From Octopus vulgaris (lineage: Eukaryota), in assembly GCA_951406725.2 (NCBI GenBank), contig OX597841.1, positions 620,001-684,000 of the forward strand: a DNA stretch of 64,000 bases, given 5' to 3'. Shown in pieces: positions 60,585-64,000 of this stretch (position 1 is the stretch's first letter; every line of letters starts with the position of its first letter). The translations under genes and the position numbers were made by a program. The notes beneath the pieces were generated by a model that was not told the DNA's origin, ran no database searches, and saw only the letters and a list, made by a program, of their open reading frames with translations.

Positions 60585-60675
60585 GTGTGTGTGTGTGTGT
60601 GTGCGTGTGTGTTTGTGTGTGTGTATGCGTGTGTTTGTGTGTGTTTGTGTGTGTGTGTGCTTGTGAGTGTGTGTG

Positions 60676-60708
<33 letters not shown>

Positions 60709-60716
60709 TTGTGTGT
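60255..60716. repeat. Degenerate (TG)n microsatellite
   Basis: Seen directly. Confidence 0.9.
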
Positions 60717-61062
60717 GAAAATATATTTAGCAGAATCCTGCCACGTCAATCGTTACGACAAAGTTTTTTTACGAGCTTCCACAGGTCGATATTCCTTTCA
60801 TTATTTCATGAGATGAAAGACATCAATAACTAACGATGTGTTGTGATCGATATGATCTGACTTATAAACCTATTCTCAATGTGTGGTCAGAAGAAACTGT
60901 GTGGTATGAAGCTTGCTTCCCAATCACATTGTTCCAGGTTCAGTCCCACTGTCCGGTAACTTGGGGGCAAGTGTCTCCTACTATAGCCTCGTACTGACCA
61001 AAGAGTTGTGCGTGGATTTTGTAGAAGGAAACTGAAAGAAACCCGTCGTATATATGTATGTA

Positions 61063-61101
<39 letters not shown>

Positions 61102-61130
61102 GTATTATATTATATTATATTATATTATAT

Positions 61131-61191
<61 letters not shown>

Positions 61192-62129
61192 AACGCGTGT
61201 TAACACACCAGCATCGGTTGTCAAGCGATGTTAATAGTGATAAATTATATGGTTGTTGACATTTTGTCCTTTTTCGGCATATTAGACATTAGAATTTTTT
61301 TTTCTTTTGCCCTTGTTTATAAGTTGTATATGCTGGTGTGTTTACGTCCCTGTCACTTAGCGGTTCGTCAAAAGAGACCGATAAAATAAGTACTTGGCTT
61401 ACAAAGAATAAGTCCTGGGGTCGATTTGCTCGACTAAAGGCGGTGCTCCAGCATGGTCGCAGTCAAATGACTGAAAGAAGTAAAAGAGTAAAAGAGTATA
61501 AATAAGTAAAAGAAGATATGATGGAATATTGTACTCGTATTGAATTAATCTTCTTCTTGGTTTTGTTTCGCGAAGGAAAATTTCTGAAGGATTTGGTCCT
61601 CATTCTCTGCAGATATGCTCGTGGTTAAACACAGCCAATGCAAGAGAGGCAGGTACGTTCGAAGTGGCTGCAGTTGTAAGTCAGCTCAGGACTTTATGGC
61701 GTGATGCTGCGGTTGTGGTTCTTCCTCTTGTGCTTTTTGGGTTTAAGAGTTAAAGGAAATAGATTACGGTAAGTATCGATTATCCACTGCGATAATGAGC
61801 TAAAGTTTGTAATGTATTCTTGATTAAGTACTAATTATATTAGAATGATTGGAGGGAAAAAACAAGAAAAATTATACAGTTCTATACGAGCATATGGCGT
61901 AGTGGTTGAGAGCGCGGGCTACTAACCCCAAGGTTCCGAGTTCGATTACAAGCAGTGACCTGAACAATAACAACAACAATAATAATAATAATAATAAGTT
62001 TCTGATGCCGAGGTGGAAATCCACGCCGCCGGCATCCGAAACTTGTCACATGTTATAATTTCAGATAAGTTCCTCTATTGACATAATATCGAGGTCTCTT
62101 TCATTCTTTTGTTGTCTTACCATTTTTAT

Positions 62130-62172
<43 letters not shown>

Positions 62173-62633
62173 CTTTCTAATTATATAGCACCGATAATTG
62201 CCGTGATGCATGTAAAGACGTGTAGTGTGAGACTGGGGAAAACTGTCCATGCTATGTTTCAATGTCTGTAAGTAAGTTAAATGGAAAGCGTTAGAAGCCA
62301 GTGCATTTGCGTGTTTATTTGTCATAAAATGCAAGAGAATATCTTTTAACGTGTCCGATATCAATTGTTAAAATAGATTGTGTACTGTTTCAGAAGTATA
62401 TCCCTGTTACCTCGTCCACGCCGATGAATTTGAATGGCTTTCTATAATGGGTGTAGCGACGTGAAACGTCCTTTCTTTCATGCCTCTACCTACTGAAACA
62501 CCAACCTCAAAACATCCCATCACCATTATTGCTAACATCCGAACAATTTCAGTAATTACACAGCCGTAATTTTCTGTATGTTTAGTGAAGCGCATGTCTC
62601 TATTCAATCTCTCCCTGCTCCATTCTTTCTTTC

Positions 62634-62767
62634 TGTTGTGTGGACGCCCCCAGACGATGAAGTAGACTCGCTCAATACGTAGATATATAGGGAGAAGCCT
62701 AGACGCCAGGAGCACAGCTGAATAGTAGTCAGAGCAGAGTACAGGTATCCGAACGTGCGACATAACA
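62634..62767 (+). mobile_element. Solo-LTR-like insertion, same family as 29432-29595, 5-bp TSD CTTTC
   Basis: TGTTG...TAACA termini; shares gggagaagcctagacg and tccgaacgtgc blocks. Confidence 0.7.
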
Positions 62768-62841
62768 CTTTCTTTCTTTCTATATTCCTTTCATACAATT
62801 CTGTCTCCTTGTGTCTCCTTCTGGTGATCTTAGAGCCAAGA

Positions 62842-63172
62842 ATGTTCCAGTTTCCTTTTACCCGTCCTGCTGCAATGGCAGTGCTGCTGTTAACCCTTAC
62901 GACAATTCTCGTCGCTACATCTGATCAGCAATTCAAAGAAGGCAACTACAAATCTTTGGGTCCAGGTTATTCTTATCGTTACCTTCAGACATCTCAAACG
63001 GAACAATTTCATCAAAAGCGAAGTCTACCGGAATGCGCCCTCATCGCTCTAAACAGCCAATCGGAATTCTTTACTTACAACAAAGTCAGCCATGTTTGTA
63101 AGAATTACTCATCGAAGAATATAATGACAGTCGCCAGAACGAATGACAAGAACGAGATTTCCTTCTATAGAA
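62842..63172 (+). CDS. Paralogue E coding exon 1 (gene continues beyond the window)
   Basis: MFQFPFTRPAAMAVLLLTLTTILVATS...SLPECALIAL...FFTYNKVSHVCKNY; donor A|GTAAGT. Confidence 0.85.
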
Positions 63173-63558
63173 GTAAGTGAAGTTGTTGTATTGCTTTTCT
63201 TTCTTTTTACTTTCTGCGTAAAGATAACTAAGAAAACTAGAGATGATGTAATCGACAAACTCCTCTAACTTCGAAATTGCTGGCATTGTGCTGAAATTTG
63301 AAACTCCTGTTGTTGTTGTTGTTGAACCTTCATGCCTCTACTTTTAAAATCTACCTGTCTTACTTCGCTATTTTCCACCTGATATATTCTCTATTTGATA
63401 TTTTCGATTTCTACATCGGTTAACCAGCATTTCATTCTTATGTCTTCCTTGGTCACTAGGTCTCTGTCGAGTTATATCCCACGTTCCCTTTTCAAACCAT
63501 ATCTCTCTCATTCTGTCCATCGTAACCAAACCTGCTAGGTTCACATCGAACATAACAT

Positions 63559-63617
<59 letters not shown>

Positions 63618-63663
63618 TTATTGTCATATATTATTATTGTTGTTGTTGTTATTGTTTTGGTGG

Positions 63664-63748
<85 letters not shown>

Positions 63749-63762
63749 CATTATTATTTCAG

Positions 63763-63941
63763 AGAGCCAATGGATTAGAGCATATGCCATATCAAAGGGA
63801 GCTGGTTCAAAAGTTTACAATTCATTTCTGAATATAGGATGTCCTTCATTATGGGAAGTGGACAAATGCAGAGGTACCTTTTGTCCGAACTTCTTCCGAC
63901 ACCCTCTCCTTGATTTCTGGAACTATCTTCCTATTGATGAG
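63763..63941 (+). CDS. Paralogue E coding exon 2
   Basis: tttcAG|; SQWIRAYAISKGAGS...DKCRGTFCPNFFRHPLLDFWNYLPIDE|GT; 179 nt. Confidence 0.85.
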
Positions 63942-64000
63942 GTATGTATTCATACGTGCGAGGAAGTTCATACAGTATCATTGTTTTCATAATGATAGTA

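Overview
AT-rich, microsatellite-saturated animal genomic DNA, probably octopus or another coleoid (inferred from the SINE style and repeat load, not proven). Most entries in the ORF track are translated simple repeats. The main host content is a cluster of five paralogues of an unnamed gene with five coding exons (A -, B -, C +, D -, E +). It encodes a ~285-295 aa secreted protein: signal peptide, PAN/apple-like module, and a ~185 aa Trp/Cys-rich domain. C and D splice into intact ORFs. B has a nonsense codon and is a chimera, A has a mutated splice acceptor, and A and E run off the window ends. The cluster was built by inverted and direct duplications. It holds an apparently intact Penelope-like retroelement (PLE) whose extra upstream ORF meets the RT-GIY-YIG ORF at an in-phase U-UUU-UUA -1 slippery site. 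Hammerhead-ribozyme-like motifs occur in that element and in several other mostly (TA)n-embedded repeats. Also present: Dong/R4-like LINEs in (TAA)n, mariner, Chapaev-like, Helitron and Merlin-like remnants, tRNA-derived SINEs and solo LTRs. All coordinates and alignments were done by eye.
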